This document shows, piece after piece, positions 9,674 through 18,597 of a stretch of 51,968 bases of DNA; the first letter of the stretch is position 1, and every line of letters begins with the position of its first letter. Source of the stretch: a virus (taxonomy: Duplodnaviria > Caudoviricetes); IMG/VR virus record IMGVR_UViG_3300048803_000048, positions 1-51,968 of that record; one strand, 5' to 3'. The notes under the pieces were generated by a model. It made no database searches and was not told where the DNA came from. It saw nothing but the letters and a program-made list of their open reading frames with translations. The position numbers and the translations under genes are program-made.

Positions 9674-10216
9674 ATGGCAAAAATAGTAAAATTTATTGGA
9701 TTTAAGAAATTAGTGCCGGAAGCACAAGCACCTTATCAGAAATACATCACAGACGCAGGTTATGATTTGAGTGCAGTTTCGTTCAATGAAACAGAAGATT
9801 ACTACGAATATGGTACGGGCATTGCAGTTGAAATACCTACGGGCATGGTTGGCTTGGTATTTCCACGTAGTTCGGTAACTGGCGTAGATTTAATGCTTAA
9901 GAATTGTGTTGGTGTCATCGACAGTCAATATCGTGGTGAAATTCGTTGCAGATTTGCAAAGGTTATTCATGACATATTCCGGGATGGTGAAACAACTGAG
10001 GAAAAACGCAATTGGTGGGGCAAACTTTTGTACGGAAAAACACACGACCTTATTGATATATGGTTTTTACCGAGAAAAATTAAGAAATATCAGATTGGTG
10101 ATAGGGTTTGTCAGATAATTTTCATGACACTTCCCGAAATAAAAATAATTGAAAAAGCCGAACTTTCATCAACCGACAGAGGTGAAAATGGTTTCGGAAG
10201 CACAAACAACAAATAA
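9674..10216 (+). CDS. dut: dUTPase (trimeric)
   Basis: AGYDL, PRSS, GVIDSQYRGE, RVCQ, RGENGFGST motifs. Confidence 0.95.
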   Translation: MAKIVKFIGFKKLVPEAQAPYQKYITDAGYDLSAVSFNETEDYYEYGTGIAVEIPTGMVGLVFPRSSVTGVDLMLKNCVGVIDSQYRGEIRCRFAKVIHDIFRDGETTEEKRNWWGKLLYGKTHDLIDIWFLPRKIKKYQIGDRVCQIIFMTLPEIKIIEKAELSSTDRGENGFGSTNNK

Positions 10217-10217
10217 A

Positions 10218-10412
10218 ATGGCAACACATTTAGAATTAGCAGAAGTAAGTCCAAAGGAAGTTTTGGATGAAGAAACAGGACCAAACGTATACTTATATCA
10301 TAAAGGAACGCAGGCAGTAGTAATTACATCAGGTGAAGCATGGTATAAAAGATTATGGTATGTATTAACGAATCCGTTTACATATCTTTTCGCAGGAAAA
10401 TTGAGATATTAA
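10218..10412 (+). CDS. Hypothetical protein
   Basis: ATG at 10218 immediately after the dut stop. Confidence 0.6.
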   Translation: MATHLELAEVSPKEVLDEETGPNVYLYHKGTQAVVITSGEAWYKRLWYVLTNPFTYLFAGKLRY

Positions 10413-10413
10413 T

Positions 10414-10665
10414 ATGGCAACACAAGACGATTTCAGATTAAGTCCTGAATCCAAATTGGAATTCAAAGACTTATCCGATGAACAGTACCGGGTGTACGAG
10501 TTTTCGGACATGACAATAAAAATTGTTGAACCTCTCTACCTCAATGTTTCGGCAAGCGGGGGACATAGGATATTCGACTCAGAAGGCAAGTCAAACTACA
10601 TTCCTTCGGGTTGGAGAAGACTCTATTGGGTCGTAAAAGAAGGCAAACCTCACTTTGCTTTTTAA
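10414..10665 (+). CDS. Hypothetical phage protein
   Basis: 83-aa ORF in operon. Confidence 0.65.
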   Translation: MATQDDFRLSPESKLEFKDLSDEQYRVYEFSDMTIKIVEPLYLNVSASGGHRIFDSEGKSNYIPSGWRRLYWVVKEGKPHFAF

Positions 10666-10696
10666 AAATTATTTTATTTAAAACTTTATCAAGATT

Positions 10697-10903
10697 ATGA
10701 AGGGTACAACTGGAATCAAGGTAAGAAGGGCAAGTGCTAAGAAAATGCTTGAGGCACAGCTTTTAAGGGGAACTAAACCCGAAAAAATCAACAAAAAAAC
10801 AACAAGCACGATGATACCGCTAACTCCTGCGGACATCACACGCATCAATAAAGAAATTGAGGCAATAAATAATCCGAAGAAGAAAAATGGTGTGAAGGCA
10901 TAA
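10697..10903 (+). CDS. Small basic hypothetical protein
   Basis: 68-aa K/R-rich ORF; stop overlaps the thyA start. Confidence 0.6.
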   Translation: MKGTTGIKVRRASAKKMLEAQLLRGTKPEKINKKTTSTMIPLTPADITRINKEIEAINNPKKKNGVKA

Positions 10904-12507
10904 TGGAACAGTATTTGGACTTATTGCAGAACATCATTTATAATGGTGTTGAGAAAGAAAGCGGTAGGGCAAACATGCCAAATACCATCGGAATTTCTTA
11001 TGGCTTAATTGAAATGGACCTACGAGACGGTTTTCCGCTTCTTACAACAAAGAAGATGTATTGGAAAGGTATCGTGCACGAACTCCTGTGGTTTCTCCGG
11101 GGAGATACAAATATTAAGTATCTTGTTGATAATAATGTTCATATTTGGGATGGTGATGCTTATAGATATTTTCAAGAACGACTTTGGTTATTGCCGAAAA
11201 TTGAAAATATTAGTATGAATGATTTTATTGATAGGGTTAAAAACAAACAATTCGAAGATGTTTTTCATTATAAATATGGTGATTTAGGTCCAGTTTATGG
11301 ACATAATTGGAGAAATTATAATGGAAAGGTTGATTATTATCATATCGGCAAAAAGCCTAATTTTGAGTTAAATAATTCTAACATATTTGGTGTTGGGATT
11401 ATTGATAATCGTAAAGGATTGAAAAAACATCCACTATTCAATACTTGGTATAATATGATTAGTAGATGTTATAATTACAGCGACCCAAATTTTTCAATGT
11501 ATGGGGGTAGGGGTGTTTATGTTTCTAATGAATGGCTAAATTTTAAAACATTTGAAATTGAAGCAAAAACAATTCCAAATTATAACGATAAGTTAAATAA
11601 TTCGCATAGATATCAATTAGACAAAGATTCTTTAGGTGGTAAATGTTATTCATTAGAAAATTGTATTTGGTTAAGTATTGAAAATAATGCAAGGTTAATA
11701 ACAAAAAATTTCGAATATACAATATCAAACGGTAAAAAAGAAATAATAACAACAAATATTGAAGGAACTGCAAAAGAACTGGGTATCGAACCAACTAATT
11801 TAAATAGGGTTTGTCGGGGTGTTAGAAAAAGCGCAGGTGATTGGTATTTAATAAATAAAAAAGATTTTAGAATTGGAGAAGACCAAATTTTAAATATCTT
11901 AAAACAACTAAAAGAAAACCCATATTCAAGGTATCATATTTTAGATGGTTGGAATCCAATTCAAAGAAAATTAAGTGCTCTTGCACCATGTCACCTGCTT
12001 TATCAATTCATTGTAAGACCGTTATTGGATAAACAAAAGGTAGAATGGATTATAAACCAAGAGGGTGTTGATGAAACGAATCCAAATAGTAGTCTTTATG
12101 GTTATGACATTAACAAACCATTGGATTTTGATAATCACCCCACACTAAATGTTCCAAAATTCTACTTGGACCTCAATATGTATCAAAGGTCATGTGATAC
12201 TTTCCTTGGTGTGCCTTTCAATATTGCTTCGATGTCGATACTGTTAAAATTGTTTGCAAAGGCATGTAACATGCTTGATGGTGTGGCTACTTGGATTGGT
12301 GGAGATACACATTTATATGTCAATCACATGGATGCAGTTAAAGAACAACTTTCAAGACAACCACATGATTTGCCAGAATTAATAATTACCAAAAAAATAA
12401 ACTGTCTTGACGATATACTTGCTTTGACAATCGATGACTTTCAATTAAAGGGTTACACCTATCATCCACCAATTAAAGCAGAATTATTTACAGGATTAAA
12501 GAAATAA
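10903..12507 (+). CDS. thyA: Thymidylate synthase with an in-frame HNH-type endonuclease insertion
   Basis: FPLLTTKK, ELLWFLRG, DLGPVYG..WR, DQI, LAPCH, YQRSCD.FLGVPFN, GDTHLY motifs. Confidence 0.95.
   Translation: MEQYLDLLQNIIYNGVEKESGRANMPNTIGISYGLIEMDLRDGFPLLTTKKMYWKGIVHELLWFLRGDTNIKYLVDNNVHIWDGDAYRYFQERLWLLPKIENISMNDFIDRVKNKQFEDVFHYKYGDLGPVYGHNWRNYNGKVDYYHIGKKPNFELNNSNIFGVGIIDNRKGLKKHPLFNTWYNMISRCYNYSDPNFSMYGGRGVYVSNEWLNFKTFEIEAKTIPNYNDKLNNSHRYQLDKDSLGGKCYSLENCIWLSIENNARLITKNFEYTISNGKKEIITTNIEGTAKELGIEPTNLNRVCRGVRKSAGDWYLINKKDFRIGEDQILNILKQLKENPYSRYHILDGWNPIQRKLSALAPCHLLYQFIVRPLLDKQKVEWIINQEGVDETNPNSSLYGYDINKPLDFDNHPTLNVPKFYLDLNMYQRSCDTFLGVPFNIASMSILLKLFAKACNMLDGVATWIGGDTHLYVNHMDAVKEQLSRQPHDLPELIITKKINCLDDILALTIDDFQLKGYTYHPPIKAELFTGLKK
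11326..11874 (+). mobile_element. HNH-like homing endonuclease domain inserted in frame in ThyA
   Basis: GVG...WYNMISRCY....YGGRGV.V..EW..F..F...LDKD...YS.ENC.W.....N and a C-terminal HTH (AKELGI....L.RVCRG.RKSA.DW). Confidence 0.85.
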
Positions 12508-12510
12508 ATA

Positions 12511-12738
12511 ATGGTCAAAAAGAACGAAATCATAGAAATATTGCAAGACTATATGTCCCCGATTGAAATTGAAAGATATTTGGATAACAAAGAAATGTTC
12601 AGAAAAGCAATTGAGGATATTGATGAACGTGCAAGAGTTGATGCAATACATAAAATCGGCTTTGGAGAATTTATTAAAACTAAGATACAGCACGCAAGAA
12701 ATAAAAGACTTGCAACAATAGTGTCAGAACAAATATGA
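12511..12738 (+). CDS. Hypothetical protein
   Basis: ORF in operon. Confidence 0.55.
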   Translation: MVKKNEIIEILQDYMSPIEIERYLDNKEMFRKAIEDIDERARVDAIHKIGFGEFIKTKIQHARNKRLATIVSEQI

Positions 12739-13022
12739 GCGAAAGAAACTTCAAGAAAATCGGAAAATTCGAATTCTCGGTAGAAGTACCGATGGATTCG
12801 GATTTGATGGTTGCTATTACACTTGCAGAAGAAAAACGTAATACAACTCTTGAAGAATTTTCAAACTTTATAAAACTCGGTGCAACACGAGAAGACAAAG
12901 AAAAGATTTTCATTACAATGGAGTCTATATTAGTGATGAACGAGAATATTAAAGTGATGAAAGATGCTGCAATAGCTGTAAGAATGTATAAATTAGAACA
13001 AGAAAATAATAAAAAAGAATAA
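12735..13022 (+). CDS. Hypothetical protein
   Basis: ATGA overlap with the previous gene. Confidence 0.6.
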   Translation: MSERNFKKIGKFEFSVEVPMDSDLMVAITLAEEKRNTTLEEFSNFIKLGATREDKEKIFITMESILVMNENIKVMKDAAIAVRMYKLEQENNKKE

Positions 13023-13273
13023 TGGAAGAACAAACGAAACAACCCGAAGAATTGAAGCTGGATATTATGACAGCAATTGAGTACATGACTGAAAAACGTG
13101 ATGATGCTCTTGAACATTTTAACGATAAACTTAAATTAAATGATTATGCACATGATGCAACGATGCATGATGCACTTTCACCAGTATTAAGAATTAATTT
13201 ACAACTTAAAACACTGGAAGATTGTTTAATTGCGCTCAGAGTTCAACAGGGATTAAATAAAAACAATAAATAA
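13022..13273 (+). CDS. Hypothetical protein
   Basis: TAATG coupling. Confidence 0.6.
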   Translation: MEEQTKQPEELKLDIMTAIEYMTEKRDDALEHFNDKLKLNDYAHDATMHDALSPVLRINLQLKTLEDCLIALRVQQGLNKNNK

Positions 13274-13546
13274 ATGGACGTAAGACTGAAAAATGTTGAT
13301 TTGATTGCAGAATTGCAAGATACGTTTCAAGACGTAACAAAGCAACTGATTGAAGACGAGAAGCGTTGGGGCGACACTTGGAAGGAAAGAGGATTGGTAT
13401 TTAATGGACAACCGCAGGAAGAACGGTTTTTTCAGAAAATAGAAACCTATTTCATGGATTTTCGTGAAAATGGTACTCCGATTCCTTGGACCAAAATTTT
13501 TGGTGAAGCACACATAGCTTTAGTCAGAGAAAAGAAATTAAAGTAA
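13274..13546 (+). CDS. Hypothetical protein
   Basis: ORF directly abutting the previous gene. Confidence 0.6.
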   Translation: MDVRLKNVDLIAELQDTFQDVTKQLIEDEKRWGDTWKERGLVFNGQPQEERFFQKIETYFMDFRENGTPIPWTKIFGEAHIALVREKKLK

Positions 13547-13559
13547 TCAATGTCAACCA

Positions 13560-13814
13560 ATGGCAATATTATACGTTATAATATTAATATTAGCGATAGT
13601 AGTTCTTTTACTTTCAGGAGGATTATATCTACACATTAAGAAAAGTCAACACATTTCCGATAAAGAAAAAGAGTTTATTGCGTTTGTTATTGACATATAT
13701 ACAGAATATGGTGATGACTTGGGTGTTCAGTCTAAAGAACAGCACAAAAAACTCACAGAAGAACTACTGAAAATTAAAAACAAATATTTTAAAATAAAAA
13801 AAGGGGACAAATAG
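13560..13814 (+). CDS. Small membrane protein with an N-terminal TM helix
   Basis: ILYVIILILAIVVLLLSGGLYL. Confidence 0.65.
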   Translation: MAILYVIILILAIVVLLLSGGLYLHIKKSQHISDKEKEFIAFVIDIYTEYGDDLGVQSKEQHKKLTEELLKIKNKYFKIKKGDK

Positions 13815-13823
13815 TCCCCTTTC
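13797..13823. terminator. Bidirectional intrinsic terminator
   Basis: AAAGGGGAC-AAATA-GTCCCCTTT. Confidence 0.8.
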
Positions 13824-13848
13824 TTATTCCTGTACCTATAATTCAGAA

Positions 13849-13989
13849 TTATGGTTTTTCGTTAAGAATTGAATCTGCATCCAACTGTGCAAGCTGTGCC
13901 AATACGTTTGCATCTGTGTCTGTAACGCCTGCTACATAGCCTATTCTTGCCCATAATCTGTAGGTGTCTTGTGTTAATGTGATTGCCAT
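13849..13989 (-). CDS. Small 46-aa protein below the ORF-track cutoff
   Basis: MAITLTQDTYRLWARIGYVAGVTDTDANVLAQLAQLDADSILNEKP; GTATTTATA motif upstream (14021-14029) and terminator downstream. Confidence 0.65.
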   Translation of the reverse strand: MAITLTQDTYRLWARIGYVAGVTDTDANVLAQLAQLDADSILNEKP

Positions 13990-14044
13990 TTCGTTTAATT
14001 TTTAAATAATATTATTTATATATAAATACTCAAATTTTGGTGAT

Positions 14045-14602
14045 TTACTGAAATTCGCCTTTGGTTTCATTAAGAAAAGGTATAACGTCCTCTTTCACAG
14101 GAACTCCTGTAACCAATTTCCAGTAAGATTTAAAACCACCTATAGTCTTTTTTGTTTCATCAGTAACATTATTGGCACTGTCGACCTCATAAAATCTACG
14201 TTTTTCGCCACTCATGTTATATTCAACAAAATCACCACGGTTAATTTCAGTATGTTTTTCTTCGAGTTCAGCCAAGTAAACACCAAAACGCAAGTTTCCT
14301 GTGTCATCCCTTGTAACACCACCAGGATTTGGACCATAGTATTCTTGCTTACCGTCTTCAACATCAACCATAACTGAGAGTCTAACTGGTGACAAGAACT
14401 TTTTATCTTTAGTTTTCGCCTGACCATAGAGTTTATGAACTTCGGTCTGATTTAAATTGACCCTATGAAGTATAACAAACTGCGGATTATCTGTCATCAG
14501 ATAATTTCTGCCATAGAATATATCTAAGTCAAAAGAATTCTGGGTCATAAACATTCCGTACCTATCATTCTCTAAGTCTAATAATTGCTTTTTCTTTTTC
14601 AT
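14045..14602 (-). CDS. Neck/head-completion protein (T4 gp14-like)
   Basis: Follows the gp13-like gene; LYG.A..K.F..P...EL......INRGDFV.Y...RFYEV pattern. Confidence 0.6.
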   Translation of the reverse strand: MKKKKQLLDLENDRYGMFMTQNSFDLDIFYGRNYLMTDNPQFVILHRVNLNQTEVHKLYGQAKTKDKKFLSPVRLSVMVDVEDGKQEYYGPNPGGVTRDDTGNLRFGVYLAELEEKHTEINRGDFVEYNMSGEKRRFYEVDSANNVTDETKKTIGGFKSYWKLVTGVPVKEDVIPFLNETKGEFQ

Positions 14603-14603
14603 A

Positions 14604-15722
14604 TTAAATTGCTATAATTGGAAACATTGGCGGTTGATATCCACGTTCTTTGTTTACATTCTCAGCAATATCAGCACGGATTTTAACCATATTTTCTTGA
14701 GTCATATAATCCAATTGTGTCATCAATGCTTCAATTGTTTCATCTTTCAATTTCTGACCCTCATCAAGTAAATGTCTGTAGTCCATAGTAAGTTGTTTGT
14801 CGGTTACACCAAGTTCACCACTATAAAAACCACGCATTCCACCAATAACTATTTTTACTTTGGCAATAAGTAAATTTCTTATTTGTTGACGAGCAACATC
14901 ATTCATTTTATACCATTCTAATACTTTAGTTGGTGGGTCTGATGGTAATTTAATAACATCGTTATTTTCTTCCAAACACTTATCTCTATCAGTGCCAAGA
15001 GTATCATAATACCAATACCAAACTTTTCTTCCACCATAATGTATTCCCCAAGAACCAGCAATTTCATGACGGTCACCGGGAATAGGATAAAGATGTAAAA
15101 TCTTTTCACCCGAAGCCAAACCAGTTATACGATATGTCAATATTGACTGAAGTACTCTTTGTTTCATACGCCTGTCTTGTGCTGCAAGAAGGGTTGAAAA
15201 TGTTGGCTGTACATACATGGCAGGTCTGCCCAAATATGACCAACCCACCATTCCTGGTGCCCATGCATTCATTGCAAACGGGTCAGCAAGTCCACCATCA
15301 ATTTCGGGTGGTGTTTCCCATAGAACTTCATTAATTTCTCTACCTGCGGGTATGAGATAATGCTGAGTATGTCCAGAAGTTACAATAAAATCACGTTTTA
15401 GTTCCCATCCGGGAGCTGCAGGAGCGTTAGTACCTAAACCAACTTGCCTCGAATAAGCATAGGTAAAACTTTCCATGTAATGATTGGACTTAATCGTAAA
15501 TGCTGAAAGAAAATCACCAGTTTCAGTATCCATGCCTTCTAACATCATCCATTGTTGCTCAATCAACCATGTATTAAGCAATGCAGAATAGTCTTCAACA
15601 ACCATTTCAAGGTATGAAATCATCATTTCATCAGTGAGTTCAAATGGTCTTAAAGGATATCCTAATTCGTGTTTTACTTTAAGAAATAAATTATTTCTAT
15701 CAACTGTTGTTATTAATGCCAT
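14604..15722 (-). CDS. Neck protein / head-tail adaptor (T4 gp13-like)
   Basis: VKHELGYP..P.EL.DE N-terminus; C-terminal R..Y.G.L......L.MDY..L.DEG. Confidence 0.7.
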   Translation of the reverse strand: MALITTVDRNNLFLKVKHELGYPLRPFELTDEMMISYLEMVVEDYSALLNTWLIEQQWMMLEGMDTETGDFLSAFTIKSNHYMESFTYAYSRQVGLGTNAPAAPGWELKRDFIVTSGHTQHYLIPAGREINEVLWETPPEIDGGLADPFAMNAWAPGMVGWSYLGRPAMYVQPTFSTLLAAQDRRMKQRVLQSILTYRITGLASGEKILHLYPIPGDRHEIAGSWGIHYGGRKVWYWYYDTLGTDRDKCLEENNDVIKLPSDPPTKVLEWYKMNDVARQQIRNLLIAKVKIVIGGMRGFYSGELGVTDKQLTMDYRHLLDEGQKLKDETIEALMTQLDYMTQENMVKIRADIAENVNKERGYQPPMFPIIAI

Positions 15723-15773
15723 AATTACATATATTTGTACTCTGTTTTACATAAATACTTTAATTCAACCATT

Positions 15774-16244
15774 ATGTTTAAAATTGAGTACGAAATTAAA
15801 TTAAATGAGAAGGGCAGACCCTACATTGATTTACCGCCAACCTATGAACAGATTCCTGAAAATCAATTTTTTGCTCTCGAAATGGCGAGATATACCCTGC
15901 AGAAAACACATGCGGGAATGAAAATACCACCATTTGACCAATATACTATTGATATAATGGATGCAACTATACGCATGCTTGGACAAATGAGTGATGAAGT
16001 GGCAAGAATACTTTGGCATCAAATGAAAGTTGCAGGAGAAGCGACCTTAGTGTATGGAAGATGGCATATTTATGTTACCACAATCGAAGAACGTGATGCA
16101 ATATCCGAACACGGCATTATACAAAACGGCAAATTGTATTTAAGAAAAGAAGGTCTGAAAGTTTACGTACTTGAAGGTGCACGTAGATTTGAATTAAAGG
16201 GTGGAACAACAAATGACCATTGGGTATTAATTGAAGAAGAATGA
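15774..16244 (+). CDS. Hypothetical protein
   Basis: ORF; TATATTTG promoter-like element at 15730-15737. Confidence 0.6.
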   Translation: MFKIEYEIKLNEKGRPYIDLPPTYEQIPENQFFALEMARYTLQKTHAGMKIPPFDQYTIDIMDATIRMLGQMSDEVARILWHQMKVAGEATLVYGRWHIYVTTIEERDAISEHGIIQNGKLYLRKEGLKVYVLEGARRFELKGGTTNDHWVLIEEE

Positions 16245-16447
16245 ATTGTATTAGCTGTGGAGAATGTTGTAAAAAACATTGGCTTCTACACTTAAAAAGC
16301 GATTATGAGAAATCATTGTTTAAAAGTTTAATCGTATATGGGGAATATATTTGGACTGACCAATGCCCTTATCTTCAAAACAATAAATGCAGTATTCACG
16401 ATGATAAACCCTATAAATGCAAAGAATATTTTTGTGAAAAACATTAA
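16241..16447 (+). CDS. YkgJ-family cysteine-cluster (Zn/Fe-S) protein
   Basis: CISCGECC...CPYL...CSIH..KP..C..YFC. Confidence 0.8.
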   Translation: MNCISCGECCKKHWLLHLKSDYEKSLFKSLIVYGEYIWTDQCPYLQNNKCSIHDDKPYKCKEYFCEKH

Positions 16448-16450
16448 TTT

Positions 16451-17935
16451 ATGAGTTTTAGACCAACTGAAGAGCAAGAAAGAATATTCTTATTTATAAA
16501 GAAACGTCCGGAAAACGTATTAATTAATGCATTTGCTGGGTGTGGCAAGACTTCTACAATTGTAGAGGCAGTTAAATTATTGCCACAAGACAAATCAATC
16601 ACCTTTCTGGCATTCAACAAACACATTCAAGAAGAACTCAAAACTAAGTTGCCAGAACACGTCAGATGCTATACCACCTATGGCTTGGGAACTTCAGCAA
16701 TTAAAAGAAAGTATGGCGATAAGATAACTTTCGATGAATTCAAAGCAGATAAAATCATACTTAAAAAGTCCAAAACATGGGACCTATACGATGAATTTAA
16801 ATCACAAGAAAAAATTGATTTTTATTTGAATTCCATTAAAAAACTCACAAACCTTTGTAGGTTGACATTAACTGTCAAGCCAGAATATATTCCGTACATT
16901 GCAGACCGTTATGAAATAACAAATTTAAGAAAGCCACAGGACATCAAAAGAGTATTGAAAGTCTTAGATGAAATGTCGACCAATAGAGAAACATTTGACT
17001 TTACTGATATGGTTTATCTTCCAGCAATTGATAATAGTATTTGGATGTTTCCGCAGGATTATGTATTTGTTGATGAAATTCAAGACGTAAATCGTTGTCA
17101 GATTAAGATTATAGAGAAAATCTTAAAGCGTGACAAAAAAACCGGAAAAATTCTCGGCAGATTAATAACCGTTGGTGATTTCTTTCAGGGCATTTATGGT
17201 TTTAATGCTGCCGATGAAAAGTCATTTGAATGGTTCGAGAAATTTCCAAACACCCGCACACTGCCTCTATCGCATTCATTTAGATGCGCTAAGAACATTA
17301 TAATAGAAGCACAAAAACTTGTACCCGATATTAAGGCATTAGATAATGCACCTGATGGTATTGTCCGGGAAGGTGATGTGCTCAATGAAGCAGAAAGTGG
17401 TGACTTTGTTTTATGTAGAACAACAATGCCTTTGGTTAAATTATTTTTTGAATTTCTTGTTCAGCATAAAAAAGCAATTGTTAAGGGTTCAGACATTGGA
17501 ATACACCTTATTGAATTAATCGGTAAAATTACGACACTTAGTGAATTAAAAAGTTATTGGGAAACAGAATTGCAGAATTTTGCTGTTGATTTAAAATCTA
17601 AAGGTGTATTGAATCCTGAAGAACACTCAGGATATATTGCACTTGCAGATAAGGTCTTAACATTGGTATTTTTAGCTAAACTTTCGAATGATATTGAAGA
17701 CCTTAAAAATAAAATCCGAACTATTTTCACTGACGAAATTAAGGGAATTTGTTTGAGTACAGTACATAAAGCTAAAGGATTAGAAGCTAACCGAGTATTT
17801 ATAGTACGTCCGGACTTATTGCCAATGAAAACCGTAAAGGGTTGGCAACAAATTCAAGAGATAAACTTACAATATGTTGCAATTACAAGGGCAAAGGCAG
17901 AATTAATTTATGATAAAAATTGGAGCAATGAATAA
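16451..17935 (+). CDS. UvrD/Rep superfamily 1 helicase
   Basis: AFAGCGKT, VDEIQD, VGD..QGIYGF, SFRC, STVHKAKGLE, YVAITRAK. Confidence 0.9.
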   Translation: MSFRPTEEQERIFLFIKKRPENVLINAFAGCGKTSTIVEAVKLLPQDKSITFLAFNKHIQEELKTKLPEHVRCYTTYGLGTSAIKRKYGDKITFDEFKADKIILKKSKTWDLYDEFKSQEKIDFYLNSIKKLTNLCRLTLTVKPEYIPYIADRYEITNLRKPQDIKRVLKVLDEMSTNRETFDFTDMVYLPAIDNSIWMFPQDYVFVDEIQDVNRCQIKIIEKILKRDKKTGKILGRLITVGDFFQGIYGFNAADEKSFEWFEKFPNTRTLPLSHSFRCAKNIIIEAQKLVPDIKALDNAPDGIVREGDVLNEAESGDFVLCRTTMPLVKLFFEFLVQHKKAIVKGSDIGIHLIELIGKITTLSELKSYWETELQNFAVDLKSKGVLNPEEHSGYIALADKVLTLVFLAKLSNDIEDLKNKIRTIFTDEIKGICLSTVHKAKGLEANRVFIVRPDLLPMKTVKGWQQIQEINLQYVAITRAKAELIYDKNWSNE

Positions 17936-18145
17936 AATTGACGATTTGATTTTCAGACATTGGGAATGGGCAAAAAACCGAATTGACAAAAATGGCGTTA
18001 AATATTCTGACAAATATTCTGAAGAAGTACATAAAAGATTCATAAAAAAAATGGATTAAAAGCATGGGATTTGATGATATTGAAGCAAGATTGTCACGTG
18101 CCATGAAATACAATAAATTATTTTGATAATTAATAAATTAAATAT

Positions 18146-18517
18146 ATGGAATGGCAAATAAGAATTGAAGGACAGCAAAAAAAAAGAATTTTGGTTACCT
18201 TCGACCCGCAAGGGGAAATGATTTTATTTCAAGGTCAATACAGTATCAAAAATCATTGGATTGATTTTAGCAGTGAAAGTCACCCAATGGAAATTGATTT
18301 GGAAACAATTCAATCACTATTGATAAAGGTTTATGAAGCAATGAACAAAAGACTTGCAGTCTATGAAGACCTAAATAAAAGTTTTGGTCTCATCAAGAAT
18401 GTTGAAATGCAGAGTGAAGGAGATTTAGTGCCCAGTACTACTGTTACTGACAATTCTGTTTATGGAAGTCCTAAAGTTGCCATTGATGAATGGAATATTG
18501 GTGCACCATTAAAATGA
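18146..18517 (+). CDS. Hypothetical protein
   Basis: 123-aa ORF. Confidence 0.6.
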   Translation: MEWQIRIEGQQKKRILVTFDPQGEMILFQGQYSIKNHWIDFSSESHPMEIDLETIQSLLIKVYEAMNKRLAVYEDLNKSFGLIKNVEMQSEGDLVPSTTVTDNSVYGSPKVAIDEWNIGAPLK

Positions 18518-18550
18518 CCTATTTGTATTACAACCATAAATATTATATAA

Positions 18551-18580
18551 AAAGAAAAGGGGTCAATTGACCCCTTTTTC
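18551..18580. terminator. Bidirectional intrinsic terminator after the major capsid gene
   Basis: AAAAGGGGTCA-AT-TGACCCCTTTT. Confidence 0.85.
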
Positions 18581-18597
18581 TGTATGTGAATTTGAGA

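Noticed and set aside
12016-12160. Second insertion in ThyA, and the ~35-aa insertion in dUTPase near 9970-10085
   Set aside because: These are short variable-loop insertions common in phage homologs, with no mobile-element motifs.
10903-12507. dCMP hydroxymethylase (modified-base pathway)
   Set aside because: The GVPFN asparagine indicates dUMP specificity, so this is ordinary ThyA.
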